DNA from: Octopus sinensis
Taxonomy: Eukaryota
Direction: 5' to 3'
NCBI RefSeq assembly: GCF_006345805.1
Contig: NC_042999.1
Span: 125,612,001 to 125,676,000 of the forward strand
Length of the DNA stretch: 64,000 nt
The notes below the pieces were generated by a model. The model was not told the DNA's origin. It made no database searches and was given only the letters and a program-made list of their open reading frames with translations. Shown piece by piece: positions 40,174-53,246 of this stretch (position 1 is its first letter; every line of letters begins with the position of its first letter). A program made the translations under genes and the position numbers.

Positions 40174-40218
40174 TTGCACTGAAGTTAATGTTTAAATTGG
40201 CACAATCTGAATCAGACA
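40174..40218 (-). CDS. Candidate upstream AP1G1 cassette exon (45 nt, phase 1-1)
   Basis: ttgcttttgccattttatatattgtacaag|TGTCTGATTCAGATTGTGCCAATTTAAACATTAACTTCAGTGCAA|gtaagc; open frame (V)SDSDCANLNINFSA. The AAG acceptor is weak. Confidence 0.35.
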
Positions 40219-41089
40219 CTTGTACAATATATAAAATGGCAAAAGCAAGCTGTTCTTTTTGGCAGTTTGTCGATATAAATAACAAAGCAGAGAGAGAGAG
40301 AGAAAAAAATCAATGAGCAACAAATTGAATCCTATAATAACTGATCTTCTTACAATAAATATGATAATAGCTTTAATAACAAATAAAATGTTTCATACAA
40401 AACCAAGGAAGATAAATAAAATCCTACATTAATAAAATATTTTTACTGTTAATTAGATAAGGAAACCTTATTAAATTAGTCCCTGGTCAGCCCTGATCAA
40501 ATAAAACAAACCCATGATCAAAGACATTCCAGCTGTGAACATCCCATTTTTTTTATTCAGTCACAACATTTTCAAGATTACATTTTTTATTCAGTCCCAA
40601 TGTTTCCAAGATTACATTATCTAATGTATCTTTTACATTTATTTATTTTTTGAGAGTATCTTATTTATTGATAACTGAATAGCAGCAGTTTAAGGATGGT
40701 GCTTAACCCAAAATTCACTCTTCCCTTAGATACAACATACTTTACAGGTAACTTTCTAAAAACAACCTTCGTCTGCCTATTTATCAGCAAGGTAGTTGAA
40801 TTATGTGAAGAAGCTTCTACATGCTACTCAGCCAGGTAGAAAATGTATCACAATCACATTTAACTCGCAATCTATTGTCTTACAAAAGAAAAAAAAAAGA
40901 CATTAGATAATTGGATAATGCAGTTCAATACTGAATAAAAGACAGGATGTTCATAGGGGTGCTTGATCAGGGCTGACATTGGCTTAAACACTAACGGAAG
41001 CAAGTAAAAGTATATTGGCAAAAAGTCAACCTGTAAAAATATATGAATTTCTGGCCCATTACTCAATATTTCTATTTTACCTTTCTTTT

Positions 41090-41463
41090 CTTCTTTTATT
41101 TGTTTCAATCATTTGACTGCGGTCATGCTGTCAAACAAATTGACCCTAGGACTTATTCTTTTTAACCCTAGTACTTATTCTATTGGTTTCTTTTGCCGAA
41201 CCGCTAAGTTACGGGGACATAAACACATCAACATCAGTTGTCAAGCAATCATGGGGGAACAAACACAGACACACAAACATATATATATATATTCTACACA
41301 TAACAGACTCCATTCAGTTTCCATCTACCAAATCCACTCACAAAGCTTTGGTCGGCCCGAGGCTATAGTAGAAGATACTTGCTCAAGGTGCCCTGCAGTG
41401 GGACTGAATCTGGAACAATGTCGTTGGTAAGCAAGCTACTTACCACACAGCCACTCCTGTGCC
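41090..41463 (-). mobile_element. tRNA-derived SINE, second family, with an internal microsatellite
   Basis: tRNA-like head (reverse complement of gcagtgggactgaatctggaac...taccacacagcc), body 'tctaccaaatccactcacaaagctttggtcggcccgaggctatagtagaag', tail 'gtttcaatcatttgactgcggtcatgctg'. Confidence 0.8.
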
Positions 41464-42639
41464 TGTGGCCACAGTTTCATAAAATATCTTTTTTATTTAA
41501 AATACATAGTCGGTAGGAGAGACAGTAGCCATAATGTTCTTCAGGATTTATGAGATTACTAGAGGAAAATTATCTTCTGACTGGAGAACTGGACCAAATA
41601 CTTGCAACAAATGGACTCTACTAAAGACATAAAAGGGTGTTAAACCAGGCACAAATTAAATCCATCATCCATGAACAACACACAGCTTTAAGCCCATTAA
41701 GGAACTTCAATGTAGTTGCTCAATCTGCTTCATATAGCAGCTAAATTTATCTCATATCACACTTTATTGTGTTAAAAAAGAATGGACACAAATGTAGTTA
41801 TAGAAACCAGAGATGATGGTAACATGTAGAATACCTTTCATCAGAGAGTTGTCAAATCATTACTAAACAAAAATAACAACAGACACAGCTGAAACCATAC
41901 AAACTCTTGACTTATGCATTGGTATTTTTCATTGGCAAGATGAAATAGACATGTAATCAGATATTAAATGCTCAAGAATATATTAGAATACACCCACAAA
42001 ATAATAATAAAAAAGCTATAGTTATTAACAAAAAAAATGCCCTTTAGGATATCACATAAGTAGCAGTTTAATCAATACCAGAATGCATAATAATATCCAA
42101 TCATAAACATTACATAAAAGCTATAACTGAAATGAAAAGATTATTAAAATTATCCTCAGGTAAAGTGGCCATGATAAATAATGTTTTTATAGCTAAATAA
42201 AAAAAAATCCTTTAATTTGAAATTCTATAACTGTGAAGTAGTAAATTGTTCTCTAATAACTGAAATAGAAATTACAAGTGTTTGCTTAGATGCTTACTAT
42301 CAGATGTGTGTATGTGCATATGCATGAGAGTGTGTAAGAACATGAAAACAAAAAATTTAGTATAATCCAAAGAGAAGATAGAATTCCAGGAAAGGAATTA
42401 AGTGGATGCCAGTGTAAATGTGGAGGATCATTAAAAAATAAATAAGCAATGTAGGGGTAAAATAATTGATAAATATGGTACAAAGTTCAAGCTTTAAAGG
42501 AATAACAAAGTTTTTAAGGATTTGCACTGATGTCCTTCACTGAAAAGGAGAAACTGAAGAATGTGAAAATTAGGGAGAAAAAACACAAACAAAAATGGAG
42601 GGTCGAAAGCTATGTGTTTCCTATGCAGCATAATTTGGG

Positions 42640-43555
42640 AAAGTGGTGGAGGTATAGCCAGCAAAGAGAACATCGATTTTAAAAGTGGCTGTTCAACAAA
42701 AGAAATAAAAACTCATATTTTGGGTGATCTAAAAGTACAGTGGGCCAGAGTTAGAATGAGTTGGAGAAGTCCAAGGAGCTAACAACAAAGGGCCTCTCCC
42801 TCAGAGAAGGGAGTAAATTATATGACATTTGTACGCTAAGTGTGAAGCTATATGGTATTAAGACAACAGTCTTCAATGCAGAATATCTGTGAAGACTAAA
42901 CTAGCACTTCATTGGTTATGATGACAAAGGTTCTGATCAATGGAACTGCCTGTTCATGAACTTAACATGCAAGTGGCTGAGTGCAGCACAGACACATGTT
43001 CCCTTAACATAGTTCTCAGGGAAATTCAGCATGGCACAGAATGCGACAAGGCTGGCTCCTTTGAAATACAGGTACACTCATTTTTACTAGCTGAGCGGGC
43101 TGGAGCAACATGAAATAGAGTGCCTTGCCCCAGGACATAATATGCTGCCAGGAATTGAACTCATGACAATACAATCATGACCTGAATACTCTAACCACTA
43201 AACCACATACCTTCACTGTGAAAACTAGAAATAAACCAAGTAAGTATGTTTTGCTGGATGGGTAGTGTTAGTGTGTATGAAAAACCATACAAATACTCCC
43301 AGAGAAAAGTTATCAGATGTAGTAACCAAACATAAAGACTTGGTATAAAGATGTGATGTGTATAGATGATAACAACTGCATAAAAGAGTGCCTAGTGCAC
43401 AAAGCAGACATTGCTTGTAGAAGAAGACCCAGAAAGACATGAGACAAAGAATGATGAAAACTAATTTTGAGATACTGTACCTCATGAAACAGATGACAAG
43501 GGATCTTGACAATTGGCAACATGCAGTGCTCAAGAAAACTCACACTTTCTGAGCA
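42640..43555 (+). mobile_element. Decayed RTE LINE 3' fragment split by a SINE
   Basis: ARVRMSW..TTKGLSLREGSKLYD before the SINE; CIKECLVHKADIACRRRPRKT*DK..LKKTH after it. Confidence 0.6.
42910..43215 (-). mobile_element. tRNA-derived SINE, third family, interrupting an RTE fragment
   Basis: Reverse complement of a tRNA-like head (gaaggtatgtggtttagtggttagagtattcagg...gagttcaattcctggcagc) followed by 'gggcaaggcactctatttc' and 'ccagcccgctcagctag'. Confidence 0.6.
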
Positions 43556-46500
43556 ATCATGAGAGAGAGAGAGCTAAATTGAGTAAAGATTGTGGGTGGT
43601 TGGAATATTCTCATTGTATTTGTCCACAACTTGCCCACTCAACCCCTCTTTCTCTCAGTGACTTCTCTCCATAGCTTCTCTACCACCTTAACATTCTCTC
43701 AACTACTTCTCTCCCCCCTCCACTTCCATGACACCTTTTAATCCTCACTTTTGCTGGCTCTCTCCTCACAACTTCTGCAACTCCTAATTAACCCTATCTT
43801 TATCTTTCATGCACCCTGCCTTCCCATATTGCTCCTTAAAACATGGTTTAGTATTGGAATCCTTCAACTCAACCCATTCCATCATCCTTACTACTGACTC
43901 TTTTTCACAAACTTAACTCTATACTCTCCTTTCATTACTTCACAACAACACTGTTTCATCTATTACTCTCTCCACTTCTATCGTCTCACAATGAAACAGT
44001 TCCTTCCATTATATTTAATTTCTCTCAACACCTTGTACAAAGTTCTCACACTCTCCCTCCTGTTTTCTCTTTCAAAGATTTGAGATTAACAAAGCAACCT
44101 TACTAGTGCTGGTTTCATGTAGTACACACTGTAAAGTGGGTGGTAAATCAAGCAGAAGTAGAGACCATGCAGAGTTAAAAGGACTTTTTACTTTTGCCAA
44201 GAGCAAGACAATTCTATAATGATGGTGACATGAAAAAATGCACACAGTACACTGTACAATGCTTGGTGTTAAGAAGGGCATTCAGCCATAGAAACTATAC
44301 CAACACTGAGATGTCAGAACAAAATGTTGTCTTCTGATCCATCAGATCTTACTGAACCATTCGACTACTACCAGCATGGAAAATTGGCTTAAAATGATGT
44401 GATAATGATCATATATACACACATGCAAATAAATATGAGTGTGTGTGTGTGTGTGCACATGTACACACAGATACATAAATACATACAAAAGTGAATGAGG
44501 GATGTACTAAAAAGCAAGCTACAGGTATGAAATGGCAGTTTCAATCAACGTTAGTAGCTTGTTGCTGTGAAAAAGAGCCTGCCACTTAATGAAATTCATG
44601 TCAATAATAAAATTCTGATTTGTATTTATAAAATTAGAACATTTTTCATTGTGCTCGACTGAAATTTTCACTTTAATACTGGAAATTAATCGAAGGTAAT
44701 GTTAGCATCAAACATTTTAAAACAAATTTTTTTTTTTTTCCTTTCAGAAAATTGATTTATAGTGTTGAAATCACAATGATGTACTTACTGACATATAGCC
44801 AATAAAATTAAGGCATTGGAATACTTTAGTAAGGTGGCCAAGTTTATTCTATTTGTATGAGCCAATTGAAATGAATATAAAAGCATTAGTCAGTGTCAGC
44901 AAGAGTATCTCTATCAATAAAACTTGAGCAACTGTGATAAATATCAATGCTTAATCAATGTTAACATGGTAATGGCAGTAGACAGAAAGATGAAACAATT
45001 TAATACAAACATAAAAATGTAAATATTTTATAGAAACAGACATTTGAATCATATCAAATTCAAAGTCTCCACATTTATCAGTTCAATGTAATAGTCTCTC
45101 TATTATCTTTAAAATGGAGACCTTGTGTTTGTACATTTTAAATCTTTAGGAAAATATCAGAATAAAGACTGGTGGGCAGAATGTGCAAAAAACAAAACAA
45201 AATGCTTCATTTAATTAAGGAGCCTCTATGAGTTTGCTTAACTAGTTAGCAATAGCTAAATCAATTTTTAAAATCACATCCATTATTCAATGGTTATGCA
45301 ATGTCTTTTGATCAAAGTCTGCTCATTCAGAATGTATGTAAACAAGAACAAAAACCTCGAGGTTATAAAGTTAACTAGAGACAACTATAGAAAACGATTG
45401 AGGCAAAAGTTATGTATAGGTAACAGGTAATATAATTATTGCTTTTGGTTAAGAATTTGTAAAATATATTATTTATAGACACTATAACATCAATCAAAAA
45501 GAAATTATTTTGATCTGAAATATTTTCTAAATAATTTCAGTATTTAAGTTTTAAAGTTAAGTCTTGCAATAAATACAATGCTTTCATATAGGACTCATAA
45601 CAGATATGTTTACAATTGAAAGAATTAATGTAAAACATGTTAGAATTAACAACAAAACTGATACAAAAAGAATTCCACTTAAATTTATCTTGGAAGCCAT
45701 CTCTATGATTAGAGAGTTGTGTGAAGCAAGTTGCAAAAGAAAAACGAATTAGTTAAAGAATGATTTTTGTTCTTCATCGCCAAACCAATGGCAACACTGA
45801 ATGCAGTTTGCTTTGTTTGAACACTCCTGAGAATTAGCATGCAAATTGCTTAATAAGTATGCTAAATATATATACTTGGTGTAGAGCAAGAGAAATATTA
45901 ACAGATTAGATTGCTTTGAACACATTTATGTTAATTAGATAGATATGTGGGTGAAAGTATATTCAATTATTAGAACATCAAACAGCTAAAGTAGATTTAC
46001 TTATACAGTAAAATAAATCAATATTAGTCAAGGACTTGCATTTTTTTCTTTCGTAAGTGCTGGAGACAATTCCAGACATGCTTGACATTTGTTTAAAGGC
46101 TTTTCAAACTTGGAGTATTGGTAAACAACTTGCTGAATAAGAATAATAAATCACATATTTGTTTGCTTCACCAAGGAGCTTTCAAAGAAAGTGAAATGAG
46201 TGTGCCCTGTATTTCATGATGGGAAAAGAATATTCAACTAATCAGTCTATTTCTTTTATCACTTACATGAATATACTTAATCTGTCTAATGTTCTAAATC
46301 ATTAAATAAATATACTTTCTATATAATTATCTAATTCTTTCAACAGGTGGAAATATCTTGATATTTAGTTTCATTGACCAGGTACAATAATATTCTTTGA
46401 ACCACCTTGAGAGAACTTGTAAAACAGGATATGAGGTTTGAAAGTAACTAATTATATAAAAAATAAATCTAATACTTAACGAGGTTTATTTTTAAACATT

Positions 46501-46989
46501 AAACGAATGCGAAACAAAAAATGGCTAGGGAAAACTTAATAATACAATTTGAATATAGTTTCATTGGTCCAAACTATGATAGTACAGCTAGATAATAAAT
46601 TTAGATTTTCAGGTAATAAGAAGGTTATTTTCCAATGGATGTCGACTTTGTAATATTTAAAGGATGAGTTTTATTTCCTGTAATATTTGTAGTCATAACT
46701 CTATTAATCTTTTCCTAACTATATTTCTAATGAAATCCATTATTCTTTTACTTTTACTTGTTTCAGTCATTTGACTGTGGTCATGCTGGAGCACTGCTTT
46801 ATGTTTTCAATTAATTTTGAAAATAAACAAAAACCAAGAGGGGTTTATTAAAATAACTATCTCCTTATCATTATAATGTAACATAAGTTAAGGGTCTTAT
46901 AAAATTAAAATAACATTAAATAACATTTTAAATGGACAATCTTATATTGTAGAATCAGGCTATTTTATGCAAGTTCTTACTGAAAGGGT

Positions 46990-47195
46990 TTAAACCTTTA
47001 GCATTCAGATTACTCTGTCAAATATGATAATTATTTGCACTGTTTTGATTTAATCATGCATTACCTCACAGCTTCAAGATTTCAGTGATGTGATTGTTTA
47101 TTGTCAAAATGATATTATAGGGATGGTGTGCAAAGCTGGATCTAGCTGGTTTGAGTATGAAACAATATTTGGACCTAATATGATCAGTTTAAATA
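46990..47195 (+). mobile_element. Degenerate piggyBac-like MITE copy lacking the right terminal repeat
   Basis: ttaaacctttagcattcagattactctgtcaaa... matches the family body. Confidence 0.65.
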
Positions 47196-47297
47196 ATATC
47201 AAGCATTTTGCTAGTTGATCTCTCTCACTCAGTCTTCATATTCTGACAATGAGGAAAAAAAGCCCTGCCTTTTGTTCTATCAACTTACAAGGCCTAC

Positions 47298-47334
47298 CTG
47301 CATCTTGGAGGAGGTCAGAAAAATTATCAAAGGC
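47298..47334 (-). CDS. Candidate upstream AP1G1 exon (37 nt, phase 0-1)
   Basis: aattctctctag|GCCTTTGATAATTTTTCTGACCTCCTCCAAGATGCAG|gtaggc; AFDNFSDLLQDA(G). A second in-frame donor gtaagt lies 9 nt further on. Confidence 0.45.
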
Positions 47335-50300
47335 CTAGAGAGAATTATTTTTAAAAAATATTGCCAGAAATATGAGACAAAGACTGACTGGTGATATGAC
47401 ATTATTGATTTACAATGACAATGTTTCTCATTATAACCTGTGCAAAAGAGACACAATCTACTGAATTTGTTCATGTACAGAACTATATTTTTACTGATTC
47501 TGAAAGATCCAATGTTAAAGCTGACACTGGCAGAATTTTAACGCAGAATGCAAAAGACTAAATGTAACTACTCAAGTGCATTACCATTTTTGTCATTCAT
47601 AGCTAAAAATAATGCTTCCTCACATCAGTAGAAGACTATAAATTTACTGGGATGAAGAATAGTTGATTGAAACAAATTTGTCTAGTTAGTACATTGGCAC
47701 TTATTATCCCCAGAAGGATGAGAGTAAAAGTTGGCCATAGTGGGAATTGAACTCCGAACATAAAGAAAACTAAATACAAGACAGACATTTCAACATGACT
47801 GCTATGATGATGATGGTTTTGTGTAGAGGCACAAGGTTAATTTTTGTAGACAATGAACATGCTTGAATGAAACAACTCCAGTATATTTACTTATTTTATC
47901 AAATTCAGGAAAATGAAGTGTAAGCTGAATCCAAGAGAGAGAGACTAAACAAAATACAGTACTGTATTTAGTGGCCACATTTAAAGAAGCAGAGGTATCG
48001 AAAGCATTATCATAGAAGGAAGAGTAAAAGATAGATCAAGAGATAGGCAAAGAATGCAATGGATGGACAATATCACGAATTGGTTGGACAGGAGTGGCAA
48101 GGCAGCAGGAGAACCTGTGCTTAAACAGGAAGACTTCCATTGTTGTGACATCAAGGCACTACAGGTGTACTGTACATGACAACTGCATTTAGTTCAGCTT
48201 TCTATCATTTCTGCCAACTTATCTATTCTGCTCCAAAACCTAAGAACTAGATTTTACCTTTACTTCATTTTGCATAACTACAATCATCACTTAGTGTAAT
48301 ACCTTGTTATTTTCATAGCTATGACATTACTTACACTCCAATTAATATACACACATCTTTTTTTTTTGTACTCTGCCAGTACAATTGCAAAAATTCAAAG
48401 AAAGAATCAGTTATAAAAGTCCATGACTCATATTTTTTACCATGCATCAATGTTAATTATATTTTAATATTAACACAAATGAATAAAATAAATTTTTTTA
48501 TAATTTTTCTTTTTTAATTTTTTGAAATTTAATATATTTTACATATTAAATAGATAGCCAATGATAAAATTAAATAATGTGTATAACTCAACAAAAACAT
48601 TAAAAATACAAAATGAAACTGGCTTGATATATTCAATACCAAAATTCCTAATTATTTTTCATATGTGATTATTATCTCTGTTTAATAATCCAAGTTTGTT
48701 CACTTTTTACTACTTGGAAGCTTTACAATGAAGACATCAATCAAACCAAAAATATTCACAGCACCACACAACTCTATTTAAGTGGCTGTATCTAATTAGA
48801 ATATATTTTCAGTATAGAAAGCAAATAGCTAGCTTTTATTTATTGTTTACTTTTCACAAAGGAAAATAGAACCAACAGAAATTTTATTGATTTTTATAAT
48901 TGATCACTTAGTTCGCTAATGATAGGAAAAAACGCTTTTGTTACTCGTTTGAGATACTGAATAAAAATGTTGGTTTCTTAACAATTTCAAATGATTAATG
49001 TTGTTTTGCATATTGTTCAAACAGCCTTATTTAAATACATAGTAACCATGAAAATATTATGTAAAAGTAACAATTAAATACATATAAAATTCTAGAATTT
49101 TATTTAATATTTTCAAGTTTTAAAGCTGAATAATAACATGTGTAATAACCTACAACTAAACATATACAAATAAAAGTATTTAATATTTAGAAATACTACA
49201 AAAATTCACCTGCAACAAAACCCATCAAGCCCCTTGAAATGGTAGAAAAAGTAACCAAACCCTCTTCTGAATCACATTATGTCTAAAAAAGTGGACATGT
49301 CTTTATTTTTTTAAGAAACAGTATTGTCTAGGAATTTTTATGCTTATGAAAAAAAAAAGAGACAAAAAAAACTAAAAAAACTTCTACTCAATCCAGGATA
49401 ACTTGAGCTAAAAAGACTAAAAAAAAATACAAGATTTTATTAATACTGATTGGCATTAGGGAGGTGATAATAGAGCTATGAAATAAATCTGAATAATTGT
49501 TCAGCATCCCATGAATTATTTGAATAGTTAAAACAAAATTACTCCATAGGACAATTCTATACTAAAACAAGCATTCTGAAGAAACCCTATTAACAGTTTA
49601 TAACAACAAACCTTGAAAGAAGATTAGCATCAATCATGATAACTACCTAAAAATAATATGCTCAAATCAATCTTGTCTCATTTAATCCTTCACTGACCTC
49701 AAAAATGATATTTTAAATTTAAAGATAACATGTAATATGATACTTAGAAACAATTTTACCATGACAAGTATAACAGTAGTTCAAATTTAATGTTGAATTT
49801 TGAGGGTTTACATTTATAGTTAATACTGTTATCTTTTACTATAATTAAATAGGATTTGCAGTTTTTTAAAAATAACTTTTCTTAGAAAACAACATCTATC
49901 TAAGACATCATCTATTGATGATCTATATAAAATAAACACCACCACCATCTTATTGCCAATTTATACTTCCTGCCATAAGTTAGATAGGTCTAAAAATCAA
50001 TACAGGTTTCATTTCTATTACGTCTCATCAGTGACACACATCTAAATTTTATCTTGTCTACCATTAATGTATTCTCCTCCACTAACAGAGCATCTTCACT
50101 AATAAGTAGCACCCCACTGACATTTGATTAGTTTATAAGATTATAACTTACATTACTTTATAAATTCTAAGAAGATCTCTATATTTTAATTCTTTCAAAC
50201 TTCATCATGTTACCTTTGTGCCAATCCTCCTCTTGATACCTTTGTAACAAAGGTAACCATATAAAAGAACATAACCTCATCTTGTTTACCTTTGTGTCTA

Positions 50301-52263
50301 CTTTCATCTCATTACCTTTGCTTCAACTTCCCCTTAATTTGATAAATTTGGCTGAAAACCTTTATGGACCAATAAACTAAGCCATTACAAAAACAAAACA
50401 ATTGTCTGGTAGTTTCTTTCTCTTAGAAAATCAATATTATATCAAAAGCGAATTATTTATAAATTTCCAGCCAAAATATTTATTGAAAGCTTATTTAACA
50501 AACGAAACTAATATTAGGCTTCAATTAAAAGTGAATCAATAATTATGTGGCAACAAATTAATGAAAGCAATTATACAGAATATAAAGATCATTGATCAAA
50601 AATTAGATCTTTATTAAATGTTTGAAACTATCCCTATCACACACTTCAACATGACTATGAGCAGTGACATAGTTTGATAAAAACAAAACTAATCTATTCA
50701 ATATTAATTTTTATTCAATTCTAGAGACAAAATCTATCTTTAGAAAGGATGTCCTAGATACCAATAAAGATAACAGCATCCATAATTACATATATTTACA
50801 ATTCATTGTTTAAAAAAGTGCTTGATTCTACTATAAAGCAATTTCAAATGGAGAAGAATTCCTTTAAGCCCTTATCACAGATGTATCCAGTGGATCTATA
50901 AGTATGAAATAAACCTCAGGGCTTAAGGTGAATGAATGAGCTAGACAATATCTGACAGTGAAGAAACTAACCTTGAGCAATCATTTCACTCTTCCAGTTA
51001 AATACAGTATCATGCAGCCATAACTATGTTAATCCTCTCATTGGATTAATACTTAACTTATTTTACTTTAATAGTAAATTTAATAGCAAATAGAATATCA
51101 GTATAAGGAAACAAAATTTATGAATATAAGAGAAAGAACTGATTATTTCTTTAATTTTAATATGTTCAATTTCTTTTTTTCAAAATTCACTGAAATTTTA
51201 AAGAAACTTTAAAATTGTATCTATATTTAAAATGCTTTAAAAAATTATTATTTTTTTTATTTTACTAGATCAAATTATATACATTCTTGTTACTATTAAT
51301 CACCAATCAATGATATTTTAAAATCAAGTTCTAATCTAATACTTTCATGACATCTGACACTTCATTCATTTAAGAAAAAAATTTCTCTCTCAATGTCTCA
51401 TTTGTATGATAGAAACTAAGGTTATTAGACAATATATCAGGTTGTAATGTAAGTTCTATTCAATTACTTCAATGACAAATAAAACAAAACAGTGGAGCTC
51501 AATTCAATCCTCAATATAGTCACCATTATTTTCAACAACCTTATCCCATCTACTAGCAATCCTTTTAATGCTATGTGTGTATAATTAATTCTCTTGGTTT
51601 TGACGTGAAATAAGAGATCAACTTATTTTCAGGCTCTTCTCTCTAAACAGACAGTAATTGGAAGGAGGGAGAACTGGAAAATATAGGGAAAGAAGCATTA
51701 ATTTCCAGTAGAGTTCTTCCAGATTTTTGGTCATTCATGCAGCATAGAGTCATGTGTATCACAATGAAGGATGATCTATATTCTGTTTGATATAGAGGGA
51801 TGATTTTTTTTTTCCAGAGATGCTTTTCAGTGCCTTAACTGTTGACAGTAAACTTTGGTTTTAACTGATTGTTTGACAGATTGTAATAAATGAGTATCTG
51901 CACATCCTACCAAACACTTAAAAGAACCTTCTTTGGATTGCAGGCCTACTTTTGGTTGCTGAGCAGGCCTTCCACAACAAAGTCACTGACACAACTGCTA
52001 AAGAAACTGTTAAGAATCCACTTATCAACCCCAAGCTTAGAGGGTTGGAATGATGCATAATATTTAACATGTTGTCCCTGATTTTCTGCTTACAGGTCAT
52101 GTCAAATTGACTTTCCAACCACAGATTTTCCTAAGCTGAGAGAGTGTGTGTGTGTGGTTGATGTATCAGTGATATGCCAACTGGAGGTTCTCTTACATTA
52201 TTTACAGACTACTGAATGTAACAGATATGGAATGAGTGGAAGAAAAATCTACCCAAGTGATGT

Positions 52264-52489
52264 TTAGCCCTTTAGCATTCAAACTGACCATATCAGGCCC
52301 AAATATTATATTGGTTTTATGTTGAAAATGGCCAGACCCAGCCTTTCATGTCCATTCTTCAATATCATTCGGAAAAACAGATCACGTAATCAAAATCATA
52401 AAGCTATGAGATAATGTATGATTAATTCAAAGCAATGAGAATATATAAGCATTACATTTCACAAAATAATCTGAATGCTAAAAGATTAA
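52264..52489 (-). mobile_element. Degenerate piggyBac-like MITE copy
   Basis: ttagccctttagcattcaaac...ctgaatgctaaaagattaa is the reverse complement of the family sequence. Confidence 0.7.
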
Positions 52490-52773
52490 AAGCTTCATCA
52501 AATAGATAACATCAATTCAACAAGCGTGGGTGGGGGGCTTTACTCATCAATACATACAATAGTAGACTACTTTGAGTTTGGCGCTTTCTCTCTCTTCTAC
52601 AGCTAATGCAATAGTGACTGATACTCTGAATTTTGGAAACCGTTTAAAGCACCTATCCACCTCCCTAATATTCCTCTAGATCATGTTTTAAATACTTCCT
52701 CGTCAGAAATACAACACTGGAATTCTCTTTGTTCTCATTTTCATTTTAGACATTTAACTGTCAAAGATAAAAC

Positions 52774-53246
52774 CAGGGCTGTGGAGTTGGAGTTACAAAC
52801 AATTAAGGAGTAGCTGGAGTTGGAGTCAGTAAAACTATACCAACTCCAACTCACAATATCTTTATTCTTTAACCCTTTAGTGTTCAGATTATTCTATCAA
52901 ACATAATGCTTATTGATTCACATTGATTTGAATTAATCATGCATTATCCCATATCTTTAAGATCTTGATGGTGTAATTACTTAATGTAGAATAACATTGT
53001 AGGGTAGGTGTGAGAGCATGGATCTGGTCAGTTTGAGCATAAAACAGATTAAATATTTTGGCCGGATATGGCCGGTTTAAATACTAAAGGGTTAATATAA
53101 ACCAGTTATAACATAAAGGCCTACTCAGAGTACAAGCATATGCTTTATGAGATATGTAGCCACAACCAATTACATGAGTTGGAGTCGGAGGTGCCAACAG
53201 TAGAGGAGTCAGAATTAAAGTTTTTTGTTTCGACTCCACAGCTCTG
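52774..53246. mobile_element. hAT-like non-autonomous DNA transposon
   Basis: Termini cagggctgtggagttgg...cgactccacagctctg, subterminal GGAGTC/GACTCC repeats, and flanks gataaaac / gttaaaac (7/8 match to an 8-bp TSD). Confidence 0.55.
52869..53095 (+). mobile_element. piggyBac-like MITE copy nested in a hAT-like element
   Basis: ttaaccctttagtgttcag...aaatactaaagggttaa; perfect TTAA duplication. Confidence 0.82.

Noticed and set aside
49209-49231. Possible start exon (ATG GGT TTT GTT GCA G|gtgaat) on the minus strand
   Set aside because: It overlaps the edge of a decayed repeat fragment (gaaatggtagaaaaagtaaccaaac...aatcac), so it is more likely chance.
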